In this document: piece after piece, positions 9,639 through 18,925 of the stretch | How the letters are laid out: every line of letters starts with the position of its first letter | Position numbering within the stretch: position 1 is the stretch's first letter | From: an uncultured Nitrososphaeria archaeon | GTDB taxonomy: Archaea > Thermoproteota > Nitrososphaeria_A > Caldarchaeales > Wolframiiraptoraceae | Direction of reading: 5' to 3' | DNA: 64,000 nucleotides | NCBI GenBank assembly: GCA_964555135.1 | Contig: CAZKRR010000001.1 | Location: 1,147 to 65,146, forward strand | Made by a program: the position numbers and the translations under genes | Notes under the pieces: model-generated | Databases searched by the model: none | Seen by the model: the letters and a program-made list of their open reading frames with translations, nothing else | What the model was told of the DNA's origin: nothing

Positions 9639-10820
9639 TTAATCAACTCTCTCGATCATTATAGAGGTTGCACCACCCGTACCGTGGCAAAGAGCTGCCA
9701 CACCCCTGAAGCAATTATAGTGCTCCATCGCATTGAGTAATGTAGTTATTATTCTTGCTCCACTTGCACCTAACGGGTGTCCCAAAGCAATTGCACCTCC
9801 AAAAACATTCAACCTGCTCCTACTGACTCCCAACAAATCTTCAAACAATGCTGTTGATACTGCGAAAGCTTCATTATTTTCAAATAAGTCTATATCATCA
9901 AGTGTTAACCCTGATTTAGTTAACAGCTTTCTCACAGCATGGATTGGTGCTTCTGGAAAACGCCATGAATCTGTTGCTACCCAGCTATATCCAGCTATCC
10001 TTGCTCTAACCTTTAGGTTGTATTTTCCGATGGCTTCTTCACTTGCTAGTAGTATGGCAGATGCGCCATCACTAATTTGGCTTGAAGTAGCTGCAGTATG
10101 CATCCCGCCTTGAAAGATTGGAGTTAGCTTGGACATCTTCTCTAGAGAAGTATCTGGTCTGATTCCTTCATCGATCTCTAAGATTACTTTATCATCTAAT
10201 ATTATGGGGATGATTTCTTTCTTGAAATACCCATACTTTGTTGCATTGTATGCTCTCATATGACTTTCATAAGCTATCTCTTCCAGTCTCTCACGATTAT
10301 ACCCTCTCTCAGCAGCAACCATATCTGCTTCTTGTAACATAACCATACCATTGAAAGGGTCTCTAAGGCCTTCGTAGACTAGCGAATCTAATATTGTTAG
10401 GTCTCCAGTATAATCTATTTTAACCCCCCATCTATATCGGTATGGTATTATGAATGGAGACCTGCTCATACTCTCCATTCCGCCTGCAATTATTAAATCA
10501 GCATCTCCAGACTTGATGAGTGATGCTCCATTGATAACCGCCATCATCCCTGAAGCGCAGACCATGTCTACGTTAAATGCATCTACATTATTTGGGACTC
10601 CAGCCATAATGCTTGCTTGGCGTGCAGTATTCTGTCCAGCCCCATCACGGATAACCTGACCCATTATAACTATGTCTAGAATACTTGGATCAAGACTATT
10701 CCTTTCAAGTATTTTCCTAATTACAAGAGCTCCTAACTCAGCAGCTGAAAACCTTGTTAATGACCCCCCAAACTTTCCTATGGGAGTCCTAATAGCATCA
10801 ACAATATAGACCTCTCTCAT
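9639..10820 (-). CDS. Acetyl-CoA C-acyltransferase (classical thiolase)
   Basis: Full catalytic set: VCASG, NEAF, GHPLGASG, LCHGTG. Confidence 0.95.
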   Translation of the reverse strand: MREVYIVDAIRTPIGKFGGSLTRFSAAELGALVIRKILERNSLDPSILDIVIMGQVIRDGAGQNTARQASIMAGVPNNVDAFNVDMVCASGMMAVINGASLIKSGDADLIIAGGMESMSRSPFIIPYRYRWGVKIDYTGDLTILDSLVYEGLRDPFNGMVMLQEADMVAAERGYNRERLEEIAYESHMRAYNATKYGYFKKEIIPIILDDKVILEIDEGIRPDTSLEKMSKLTPIFQGGMHTAATSSQISDGASAILLASEEAIGKYNLKVRARIAGYSWVATDSWRFPEAPIHAVRKLLTKSGLTLDDIDLFENNEAFAVSTALFEDLLGVSRSRLNVFGGAIALGHPLGASGARIITTLLNAMEHYNCFRGVAALCHGTGGATSIMIERVD

Positions 10821-11007
10821 GAAGAAATCTCCTAAATATGTATAACTATGAATCTTTTAATGAATATTACTGAAAATTATGCATCCTGTTCTCTACTAGC
10901 CTTCGTGGCATCCTTTAAACTAGAATAAATTTATTACGATTGTTTTAGCCACTCCATCTTTTAATGATGATAATGAATTAAGTTGATAATTCTCAAGTCT
11001 AAGTAGA

Positions 11008-11484
11008 TTGACTAGTTTCACGAATTACATCTACCAAAGAGTATTTAAATATCCTTATATGTATGCAAGCATAGATGTGGATAAGCCGGAAACTGCTAAG
11101 ATTCTTGTTAATGAGGTTATGACTAGGAGTTTGATTACCGTTACCATGGGGAGTAGTATTGAAGAAGACGTTAAGAAAATGATTGAATACGATGTTGAAT
11201 GCCTTCCAGTAATCGACTCAGAAGGTACATTGCATGGTTTAGTTACCTTTAGAGATATTGTTACGAAGGCTGTATTAAGTAAGGTGAACATACAGCAGCT
11301 TAAAGTTGAAGATATAATGACTAAGAATCCTATAACATGTAGCCCCACATCCACGGTCCTAGAAGTTGTAAGAATTATGAAGAATAAACATCTCAGAAGA
11401 GTTCCTGTGGTAGAGTCTAGTAATAGATTACTAGGACTAATTACAGATTTTGATTTAGCATTGCTAGGCTGGGAAGTAAAGTAA
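11008..11484 (+). CDS. CBS domain protein
   Basis: Two CBS repeats (LPVID..GLVTFRDI; RVPVV..GLITDFD); true start probably near 11077. Confidence 0.9.
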   Translation: MTSFTNYIYQRVFKYPYMYASIDVDKPETAKILVNEVMTRSLITVTMGSSIEEDVKKMIEYDVECLPVIDSEGTLHGLVTFRDIVTKAVLSKVNIQQLKVEDIMTKNPITCSPTSTVLEVVRIMKNKHLRRVPVVESSNRLLGLITDFDLALLGWEVK

Positions 11485-11582
11485 GCTATTAACTGCATGT
11501 AATGTATAGTCTCAAGAAGCGTGATACCCCAAAGGTCGAAGTGGGAACTAATAGGGGGCTCTTATGGGAAGATTAAAATTAA

Positions 11583-11933
11583 CTAGATAAGATGCATCTT
11601 GATAGATTGTAGTGTTTGTTTAAATGGGATTAAAGACTAAGCCTAAAATCTCTAATGTAACAACTGCTAGAATAGGGTAGCAATCTTTTTCACCTAGTAT
11701 AACAGGTGTATGTCCTTCCCCCTGCGGTGGAATTATGTAGGATTCTGAAACTTTCCTCTTTATTACAATTCCATCAGCTAGTATGAATTCATGTTCCCTA
11801 ACCGGGTTCAATCCTATCTTTCTCCAGACGTCCCCGGAAAAAACAGTATATGTGGTCCCACTATCTATTAAGAGTCGAACTTCCTCTTCACCAAGCGGAC
11901 TTCTGACTCATCCATCATATAGGTTATCCTCAT
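11583..11933 (-). pseudogene. Clan AA (retropepsin-like) aspartyl protease, frameshifted
   Basis: MRITY start at 11933, then a frameshift into VRLLIDSGTTYTV...LADG...ILGE...TLEILGL; a second frameshift lies near the C-terminus. Confidence 0.75.
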
Positions 11934-12145
11934 GACGTGCACCAGCTAGATGCTATCCACAGTGATACATTATCAACTTTACTATTCTTAAGAACACTAG
12001 GATACTTCATGAAAAACCACAATAGTAATTACAACAGAACCATTGAGCTGAGTATTTAGTTGCTCTATGTATTGGTGAGTCTAAGTATGTGTGCATGGTT
12101 TTGGTTTAGAGGACAATGTTAAGTTTAAGTCTTGGAGGACATGCT

Positions 12146-12580
12146 TCAATCTCCAGCATTCATGTTACAAAAAGTCTTGATCTTCTCTACCATCTCTCTC
12201 GGTAGAGGGACGGCTTGCCCCTCTCTAATATTTGCTGAAACTATTACAACATGCCCTTCTGCAGCCTTCTTACCACTTGTTAGATTATTGATAATAAAGT
12301 GGTATCGTATTGATTTTTCTCTGATTTCATCTATCCATAATGTTACTTCTATTAAATCATTAAACTTGCAAGGTGACAGATACCTACAGTATGCCTCAAT
12401 TCTTGGAAACCATATATCATAACTGGAAAATGATTGGAAATCCATGCCGATGGAATTATAGAATTCTTCTTCAGCCCTCTCAAAATATCTAAAATAATTT
12501 GAGAAATGTACTACTTTAGCAGCATCCGTCTCAACCCATGAAACTCTAAACCGAATGCTGAAAGATTTCATAAAGATCAA
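12146..12580 (-). CDS. 4HBT/YbgC-family acyl-CoA thioesterase
   Basis: RVSWVETDAAKVVHFSNYFRYFE motif. Confidence 0.92.
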   Translation of the reverse strand: MIFMKSFSIRFRVSWVETDAAKVVHFSNYFRYFERAEEEFYNSIGMDFQSFSSYDIWFPRIEAYCRYLSPCKFNDLIEVTLWIDEIREKSIRYHFIINNLTSGKKAAEGHVVIVSANIREGQAVPLPREMVEKIKTFCNMNAGD

Positions 12581-12750
12581 ACTATACCTCTACAAAGTCA
12601 TTATAAGCCTTTATCTATCCTGAATAAGAGAAAGTGGTAGTTAATGATACTGATTCCTCCCTATACGTCTTCTAATTCTCTAATAAACATGGGGAAACCT
12701 CTATTAAATACATTTACCATCGTATTCTTGATTTGACTAGAAGGTGACGT

Positions 12751-12978
12751 ATGGGGATGAGTGAAGTACTTAAGAAGATTACAATGTTTAGAGCGTATCT
12801 ACATCAATCTCTAGATAAAGAAGTGGAGGTGATTACAGCTAGAGGTGAGCCGATATATGGAAAACTAGTTGGCTATAGCTTAGACTCCGACCCTCCCGTA
12901 ATAATCGTTGAGAACATGAGAGAACGATACTTCATAAACCTTAGACATGTTGAAAGTATTAGAAGCACAATTCAATAA
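12751..12978 (+). CDS. Small Sm/LSm-like fold protein (divergent)
   Basis: L..SLDKEVEVITARGEPIYGKLVGY (Sm1-like) and FINLRHVESI (Sm2-like); GGTGA RBS. Confidence 0.6.
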   Translation: MGMSEVLKKITMFRAYLHQSLDKEVEVITARGEPIYGKLVGYSLDSDPPVIIVENMRERYFINLRHVESIRSTIQ

Positions 12979-13208
12979 ATAATCTCTCTTTATCGTAGTT
13001 TGTTTTACCTTATTGAATCAACGATCCTCTATACCTCCTTAACTACTTATTATTAAAAATAAAATTTTAGAGGTCTTCCTGAGAGACCCACTTTATAAGC
13101 TTCTCTGCAATGTCTCTCAACTAAATAAATTTGAGTATAATATGAATGACTAAATAGTATCCTCTATCAATTAAGCTTATCTATTTCATTCTTGTTAGTA
13201 AATTCTAG

Positions 13209-14306
13209 ATGAAGGTCCTTGTCTTAGGAGGAGCTGGGGATATCGGTTCTGCGATTGCAGAGATACTCTGCTCACTCAATGTTGATGAAGTAGTCCTCGG
13301 CGATGTAAATCAAGCCAAAGCTGAAGAGGTATCTAAAACTCTTAGGTCCAGGGGATATGGAGTATACGCATCTAAAGTTGATGCTCTAAAAATTGATTCA
13401 TTAAGAGAAGCTTCGAAAAGAGTTGACGTAGTTGTTAATGCTGTTGGCCCATTCTATAAGTATGGGTTTAATATTACGAAGAATTTAATTGATGCCGACC
13501 TAAACTTCGTTGATGTATGTGATGATTATGATGCAGCCGAGAAGATTCTAAGTCTTAATGAATTAGCAGCTAAGAAAAAGTTATCTGGGCTCACAGGTCT
13601 CGGATGGACACCTGGTTTATCGAACATCCTCGCTTTAGAAGCATCGGATAGAATAGGAGAACTAGATCATGTCCATATCTACTGGGTTGGCTCGGCAGCT
13701 GATTCAAGAGGACTAGCTGTAGTAATGCATCTATTCCATGCACTCATAGGTAGGGTTCCCATGTATCTAGGAGGAGAATACGTATACGTGGATGCGGGAA
13801 GCGGTGGAGTAAATGTAGAGTTTCCAAAACCTATTGGAGCCATTAAATTATATTATACTGGTCATCCAGAACCTATTACAATACCTAGATATATTAAGGT
13901 AAAAAATAATGTGACCGTGCATGGTGGGCTCATACCCTCATGGCAGAATGGTTTCGCTAAGTTCCTACTGAAAATCTTAAAGATAGATTCAGATGCTAAG
14001 GTTGAGAATTTATCAAGGTGGATTCATAGAATTGAAGATATCTTTAGAGCTGGAGGTTTACAGCTTAGTGCTGTGAGGGTTGATGCAGAGGGAAAAGGCA
14101 AGAAGATATCGTTTATATCCATGGATAGGATGAGAAAGTTGACAGGGTTACCAGCGGCTTTAGGAGCAGTAAAACTCATTAGGGGAGAATTAGATTTTAT
14201 TGGAGTCAAACCCCCCGAAGCAGTAATCAGAGACTCGAAGCTCTTTATACATGAACTCTCTAAACATGGTATAAGTATTGGGTGCTCAGAGTTTAGTCTT
14301 TCATAA
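13209..14306 (+). CDS. Saccharopine dehydrogenase-like NAD(P) oxidoreductase
   Basis: VLGGAGDIG, VVNAVGPF, GLGWTPGLSN and GHPEP motifs. Confidence 0.88.
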   Translation: MKVLVLGGAGDIGSAIAEILCSLNVDEVVLGDVNQAKAEEVSKTLRSRGYGVYASKVDALKIDSLREASKRVDVVVNAVGPFYKYGFNITKNLIDADLNFVDVCDDYDAAEKILSLNELAAKKKLSGLTGLGWTPGLSNILALEASDRIGELDHVHIYWVGSAADSRGLAVVMHLFHALIGRVPMYLGGEYVYVDAGSGGVNVEFPKPIGAIKLYYTGHPEPITIPRYIKVKNNVTVHGGLIPSWQNGFAKFLLKILKIDSDAKVENLSRWIHRIEDIFRAGGLQLSAVRVDAEGKGKKISFISMDRMRKLTGLPAALGAVKLIRGELDFIGVKPPEAVIRDSKLFIHELSKHGISIGCSEFSLS

Positions 14307-14700
14307 TCCATAAACGTTCTCTTCTAGTAAATCTTTTTCTCGCATATTCAATGAGATCCCTGATCCTCTCACTTGATCTAACAATCATCCCTTCTATAAG
14401 TGCGGAGAGAATTAAAGGATTCATCCTATTTAACATCGATTCAACTTCATCATAAGTATAAATGAATATGTCTATCCTTGGGATTCCTAACTCAAACGTG
14501 ATCCTGAATCTATCAAGTATATTTATTTTCTTGACATCATCACTCACTACCAATACGTCTAGGTCGCTCCATTCACCTCCTCCTCTTCTACTCCATGACC
14601 CAAAAACTATTACTCCTTCCATCTCAAACATTCTGCTTATCTTATCAACAATTTCTTCTATATTTCTAGTCCAGCTTTCTCTAAGCATTCTCTCACCCAA
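14293..14700 (-). CDS. MNT nucleotidyltransferase
   Basis: FGSWSRRGGGEWSDLDVL; overlaps the HEPN gene. Confidence 0.88.
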   Translation of the reverse strand: MGERMLRESWTRNIEEIVDKISRMFEMEGVIVFGSWSRRGGGEWSDLDVLVVSDDVKKINILDRFRITFELGIPRIDIFIYTYDEVESMLNRMNPLILSALIEGMIVRSSERIRDLIEYARKRFTRRERLWIMKD

Positions 14701-15071
14701 TTAATTATTCTCCTAGCAGATTCTAATGCTTTCATAGCTGTTGCCTCATCATAGTACATGCCTGGATATCCAGACTCGAAAGCATTAGGGTATCTTGATG
14801 GAATGTAATGTCTATCTAGTTCACGCCCCGCGATATATAGCTCCTCATCTACTCTTTCAAGATCTCTTACATAGTCTAGTAATTCAGTTATGCTATGTCC
14901 CCAACTACTCCTACCATAAACATATAGGAGAGCTTTAACAGCTTTCTCAGCAGCTTGCTGAGACTGGAAACAACTCCATTCATAATTCTTAAACCTAAAG
15001 CTATCTTCAGCTGCTTTCAAATCTCTTAGAGACTGTGCAGCCCACCTCTTCGCTTCTTCAAAACGTTCCAA
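14658..15071 (-). CDS. HEPN domain protein
   Basis: WSCFQSQQAAEKAVKA, WGHS and LDRHYIPSRYP motifs. Confidence 0.92.
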   Translation of the reverse strand: MERFEEAKRWAAQSLRDLKAAEDSFRFKNYEWSCFQSQQAAEKAVKALLYVYGRSSWGHSITELLDYVRDLERVDEELYIAGRELDRHYIPSRYPNAFESGYPGMYYDEATAMKALESARRIINWVRECLEKAGLEI

Positions 15072-15359
15072 GACCTACTATCTATCCTTAGTTAAAGCTT
15101 ATTTAAGCCTTTAATTTTTAAAGAGATGAAAGATAGATAGACATCTACAGATCCTCTTTGAATTGTCATAAAATTTGTATTTGTCTAATGGGATACTTAG
15201 TTGATAGATAGATAGGCGGTTATCTCTTTAAACTATTCGATTTCTAATTTCAAGTTGGTTTGAGGAGATTGTAAAGTTGTTCTTGGATTTTTGTATAAGT
15301 GGCTTATGTAGCAGTTTATATTGTTTGTTTATTCATTAAATGAGTGAAGTGGTGTCAGT

Positions 15360-16385
15360 ATGAAGTTGCCGAACATTGGTAAATTAGATAAGAAGGTTTT
15401 CGATGAAGTAATCTTACCAAAGCTTGGAAGAAGAGATAAAAATTTACTAATACCACCTATTCATGGAGTAGATGCTGCTGCTATAAGGATATCAAGAGAT
15501 GCCGTTATGGTAGTTGCCGAAGACCCTACTTTTGGTATGCCTGTGTTAATGCCTTTCTTTGGTTGGGCCATAGTTCATATATGTGCAAGCGATGTAGCAG
15601 TACTCGGAGCTAAGCCGAGATATATGCTTATATCTCTTCTCTTACCACCGAATACTCTAATAGAAACATTCAAGATGGTTTGGAATCAGATAAACGATGA
15701 ATGCAAAAAGTTAGGCATCTCTATAGTTGGAGGACATACAGGAGTCTATCCTGGGATTGGTTATCCTCTAAATGGTGGATGTGTAATGATAGGTTTCTGT
15801 AGGAAGAGAGATCTTAGACCTGCATCAAACGCTAAGGCTGGCGACGTCTTACTCATTACTAAAGGTGTAGCAATTGAAGCTGCTGGAATCCTAGCCTATC
15901 AAGCAGAAGAAGAATTGAAGAAAATATATGGCTCCGAATTTGTTGAAGATGCAAAGAAACTCTTCTTTCAGATGAGCGTAGTAGAAGATGCTTTAACCTC
16001 TGCTAGATACTGCCATGCAATGCATGATGCTACAGAAGGCGGATTAATTAACGCTGTTTATGAGATGGCTGAAGCCTCAAATCTAGGAGTGATAGTTTAT
16101 GAAAAAGATATAATAATTCCAGAACCAGCCGAAAAAATATGTGCTTATTTCGAGATAGATCCATTAATCTCTATAAGTGAAGGTACCTTAGTAATAGCAG
16201 CTCCGAAAAAGAATATTGGAATGATAAGGAAAGCTTTAAGGAAGAAGAACATAACTTCAGCAGTCATAGGAGAGTTCACAGAGTCAAAAGAAAAGATCTT
16301 AATAAGGAAAGATGGTAGCGAGGAGAAAATCAAGCCTGTTGAAAATGATCCCTTCTGGGAAGCTTACTTTAGAACTTTAAGGTGA
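15360..16385 (+). CDS. AIR synthase-related (PurM/HypE/ThiL-like) protein
   Basis: GVDAA, EDP, ASDVAVLGA, GGHT, MHDATEGGL and SEGTL motifs. Confidence 0.88.
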   Translation: MKLPNIGKLDKKVFDEVILPKLGRRDKNLLIPPIHGVDAAAIRISRDAVMVVAEDPTFGMPVLMPFFGWAIVHICASDVAVLGAKPRYMLISLLLPPNTLIETFKMVWNQINDECKKLGISIVGGHTGVYPGIGYPLNGGCVMIGFCRKRDLRPASNAKAGDVLLITKGVAIEAAGILAYQAEEELKKIYGSEFVEDAKKLFFQMSVVEDALTSARYCHAMHDATEGGLINAVYEMAEASNLGVIVYEKDIIIPEPAEKICAYFEIDPLISISEGTLVIAAPKKNIGMIRKALRKKNITSAVIGEFTESKEKILIRKDGSEEKIKPVENDPFWEAYFRTLR

Positions 16386-16391
16386 AAAACG

Positions 16392-16988
16392 TTGAATGAA
16401 AACGAGGTTGACAAAGTTTTAGGAAATCTCGTAAGAGCTGTCAAAATCTTGGAAGAATGCTTTGAATTCGCTGACCTTATACCTGAAGTTAGAACAAACA
16501 TAGTATATGCATTACCAAATGCTCAGACAATAGATGAGGTTGCTGCAATAGAAGGAAGAATAACTAAAATTAATAACAGACCTAAAGCTTGTGGTTATCC
16601 AGCTTTCGGTGCCTCAAGTCACATGGCCAGATTAATTATTGAGATCATTAAGACAGACAAGAATTTGAGAGCTGGAATAAACCTCTCATGGAGTGAAGAA
16701 TTCTCAAAATGGCTTGAAGAATGGTCCAATAAAAACAATATCATATATGGATACATAGATAGGTTTCAAGAACCTGAAGAAATCTCTAAGATTGAAGGAA
16801 GATCGATCCCATGGAAAGTAGAATATCTACTGAGAAAGTACAGTACTATCCCAAGGATATTCTATGAATCCCCTGGAATCGGTAAAGAACCCCTCTTCGT
16901 ATTGATTGGAGAAAACGCTGTAGAAGTTGCAAATCTTTCTGTAAGAATAGCGAAGGAATGGAAAAGAGCTAGAGAAGAACATAGTTAA
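16392..16988 (+). CDS. thiN: ThiN-type thiamine-phosphate synthase domain protein
   Basis: LIPEVRTNIVYA, VAAIEGRI, FGASSHMAR and GKEP motifs. Confidence 0.8.
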   Translation: MNENEVDKVLGNLVRAVKILEECFEFADLIPEVRTNIVYALPNAQTIDEVAAIEGRITKINNRPKACGYPAFGASSHMARLIIEIIKTDKNLRAGINLSWSEEFSKWLEEWSNKNNIIYGYIDRFQEPEEISKIEGRSIPWKVEYLLRKYSTIPRIFYESPGIGKEPLFVLIGENAVEVANLSVRIAKEWKRAREEHS

Positions 16989-17164
16989 CATGGATTAATA
17001 CCTGTATATTGCTAGACTCGGTTTTAAAATTTCTAGATTGATGTCTTCTTATCCCACATGAATAACTGGTCTCTAATAATCCTTATATCCTCTTGTAATC
17101 CTGCATTAAAAAGCTACGATGAAAGAATATATGCAAGCGTTCAAATATTTTTCACGGGGTTAAA

Positions 17165-17560
17165 CTGGCTTCCCGAGCTAAGGATTGGATGAGGCAGGCA
17201 TTAAGAGATTTACAGCATGCAGTGTTATCTATGGAGTTTGGGAGTTATGAGTGGGCATGTTTTGCCGCTCAGCAAGCTGCTGAGAAAGCTGTTAAAGCTC
17301 TCTATGAAAGTAGAAATATGGAGGTTTGGGGGCATTCAGTGTCAAGAATGCTCGAAAATCTCAAAGATGAGCTTAAACCTGATTCGAGCCTTATTGAAAA
17401 AGCAAAAGAACTTGATAGAAACTATATACCGACACGCTATCCTAACTTCCATGTTGAAGGTGCCCCAATGGATTACTATACCAAGAACGATGCAATAAGG
17501 GCGATACAATATGCAAGGGAAATTATTGAATTCTGTAGAAGTAAAGGTGTTCAAGCTTAA
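17165..17560 (+). CDS. HEPN domain protein
   Basis: WACFAAQQAAEKAVKA, WGHS, LDRNYIPTRYP; in-frame CTG at 17165 gives (M)ASRAKDWMRQA. Confidence 0.92.
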   Translation: MASRAKDWMRQALRDLQHAVLSMEFGSYEWACFAAQQAAEKAVKALYESRNMEVWGHSVSRMLENLKDELKPDSSLIEKAKELDRNYIPTRYPNFHVEGAPMDYYTKNDAIRAIQYAREIIEFCRSKGVQA

Positions 17561-17927
17561 CATTGATTATATTATGGAGAGAGTAAGAAGCTATGCTGAA
17601 GAATTAGTTAGTAAGAGAATAGCGGAAGCGGTAATACTATTTGGGTCTCTTGCTAAAGGAACTTATTCACCTTTCTCTGATATTGATGTATTGATTCTCG
17701 TAGAGGATGCTCCACCCAACCCTCTTGATAGGATAAGTAAATACATAGATCCAAGGCTTCCTCTAGATATTGAACCAAGAGTTCTAACAATTAATGAATT
17801 CTTCAATATTATTAAGGAAGAGAGAAGATTTGGAAGGGAAATACTAGAAAACGGGATAGTCCTAGCGGGAAAAACAGAAATTCTTGAAGAAGCTAGAAAA
17901 CTCTCCTTCATCATCAAGAATAAGTGA
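17511..17927 (+). CDS. MNT nucleotidyltransferase
   Basis: LFGSLAKGTYSPFSDIDVL; overlaps the HEPN gene. Confidence 0.9.
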   Translation: MQGKLLNSVEVKVFKLNIDYIMERVRSYAEELVSKRIAEAVILFGSLAKGTYSPFSDIDVLILVEDAPPNPLDRISKYIDPRLPLDIEPRVLTINEFFNIIKEERRFGREILENGIVLAGKTEILEEARKLSFIIKNK

Positions 17928-18007
17928 AAAGAAAATTACAGAGCCACAGATTAGAAAGTATACGAAATGCTTATCTTGACTCATATAATCTCTAAGGGAA
18001 AATGCGG

Positions 18008-18111
18008 TAGTGTCCGGATAAGGGGTTATATAGCTTAGAAAGCTTTCTATAAACAGATAGGTCGGGAGAAAGCCACCTCTCAATAGTATTTAAAGCCTTA
18101 TCCGGACACTA
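18008..18111. mobile_element. 104-bp MITE
   Basis: Perfect 16-bp terminal inverted repeats TAGTGTCCGGATAAGG (18008-18023) and CCTTATCCGGACACTA (18096-18111), flanked by a GCGG direct repeat (18004-18007, 18112-18115); no internal ORF. Confidence 0.8.
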
Positions 18112-18142
18112 GCGGGAAAATCCATGACAATATTTTTATAGA

Positions 18143-18239
18143 CTTTCCAGATTGACTCTCTGATTTTAGACAGTTAAAAGATGTAACGGATTCAGACCTT
18201 GAAACTTCAACTTTTTAGATTGACTCTCAGACTTCATTT
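18143..18239 (-). CRISPR. Degenerate orphan CRISPR-like mini-array (one intact repeat, 39-nt spacer, one degenerate repeat)
   Basis: 18143-18171 reads GTCTAAAATCAGAGAGTCAATCTGGAAAG on the minus strand (GAAAG end typical of archaeal repeats); a second copy sharing AGATTGACTCTC lies 68 nt downstream; no cas genes in the window. Confidence 0.45.
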
Positions 18240-18299
18240 AAGAAACCAGTAATCTATTCAATATTTATCTTTAGGCTAGTTCTAAATTGAATGGTTTAG

Positions 18300-18773
18300 A
18301 TGGGAGTTAATGAATTCCATGTTCTCAAGAAGCTGTTAGATGAGAATAACATAGAGTATACGATTCACGAGCATGAGCCTGTTTATACTTCTGAGCAAGC
18401 TGCTAAAGTTAGAGGAGTTGAATTAAAAAGTGGGGTCAAAGCTCTTGTCCTAAAAACATCTAGCGGGGAATTTATCCTAGGCTTAGTAGCGGCCGATAGA
18501 AAAATGGATTTAGAAAAACTTGCAAAGATTGTAGGGGTTAAGAAGCTTAAGCTTGCATCACATAAAGAAGTATTGGAGAAAACCGGATGCGAGGTTGGGT
18601 CAGTACATCCTTTTGGAAATCTTTACGGTCTTCCAACATACCTCGATAGGTCTGTTCTAGAGAATACGTGGGTGAACTTCAATGCAGGTCTGCATACGGT
18701 CTCCGTACATATGAAGTCAGAAGATATGGTAAGATTGATCAAGCCAATAATAGGAGATTTCTCAAAAGGATGA
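18300..18773 (+). CDS. YbaK/ProX aminoacyl-tRNA deacylase family protein
   Basis: HEPVYTSEQAA, VKALVL, GSVHPFG and FNAG motifs. Confidence 0.9.
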   Translation: MGVNEFHVLKKLLDENNIEYTIHEHEPVYTSEQAAKVRGVELKSGVKALVLKTSSGEFILGLVAADRKMDLEKLAKIVGVKKLKLASHKEVLEKTGCEVGSVHPFGNLYGLPTYLDRSVLENTWVNFNAGLHTVSVHMKSEDMVRLIKPIIGDFSKG

Positions 18774-18925
18774 TAAAGATTATTCTTTAATCTTTCGACG
18801 TACCTAACAAAATGAAATCTTGTAAAATATTAGTAATTACACGTTAAATAGTTTTGCATTCAACTAACTCTTTACACCTAGACAGCTTTACAAACCTAAA
18901 CAATCTATAATTGTCTAACGGCGTC

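Noticed and set aside
15117..15232. 11-bp inverted repeat TTTAAAGAGAT...ATCTCTTTAAA enclosing GATA microrepeats; possible second MITE
   Set aside because: Short and AT-rich with no clear target duplication; could be chance
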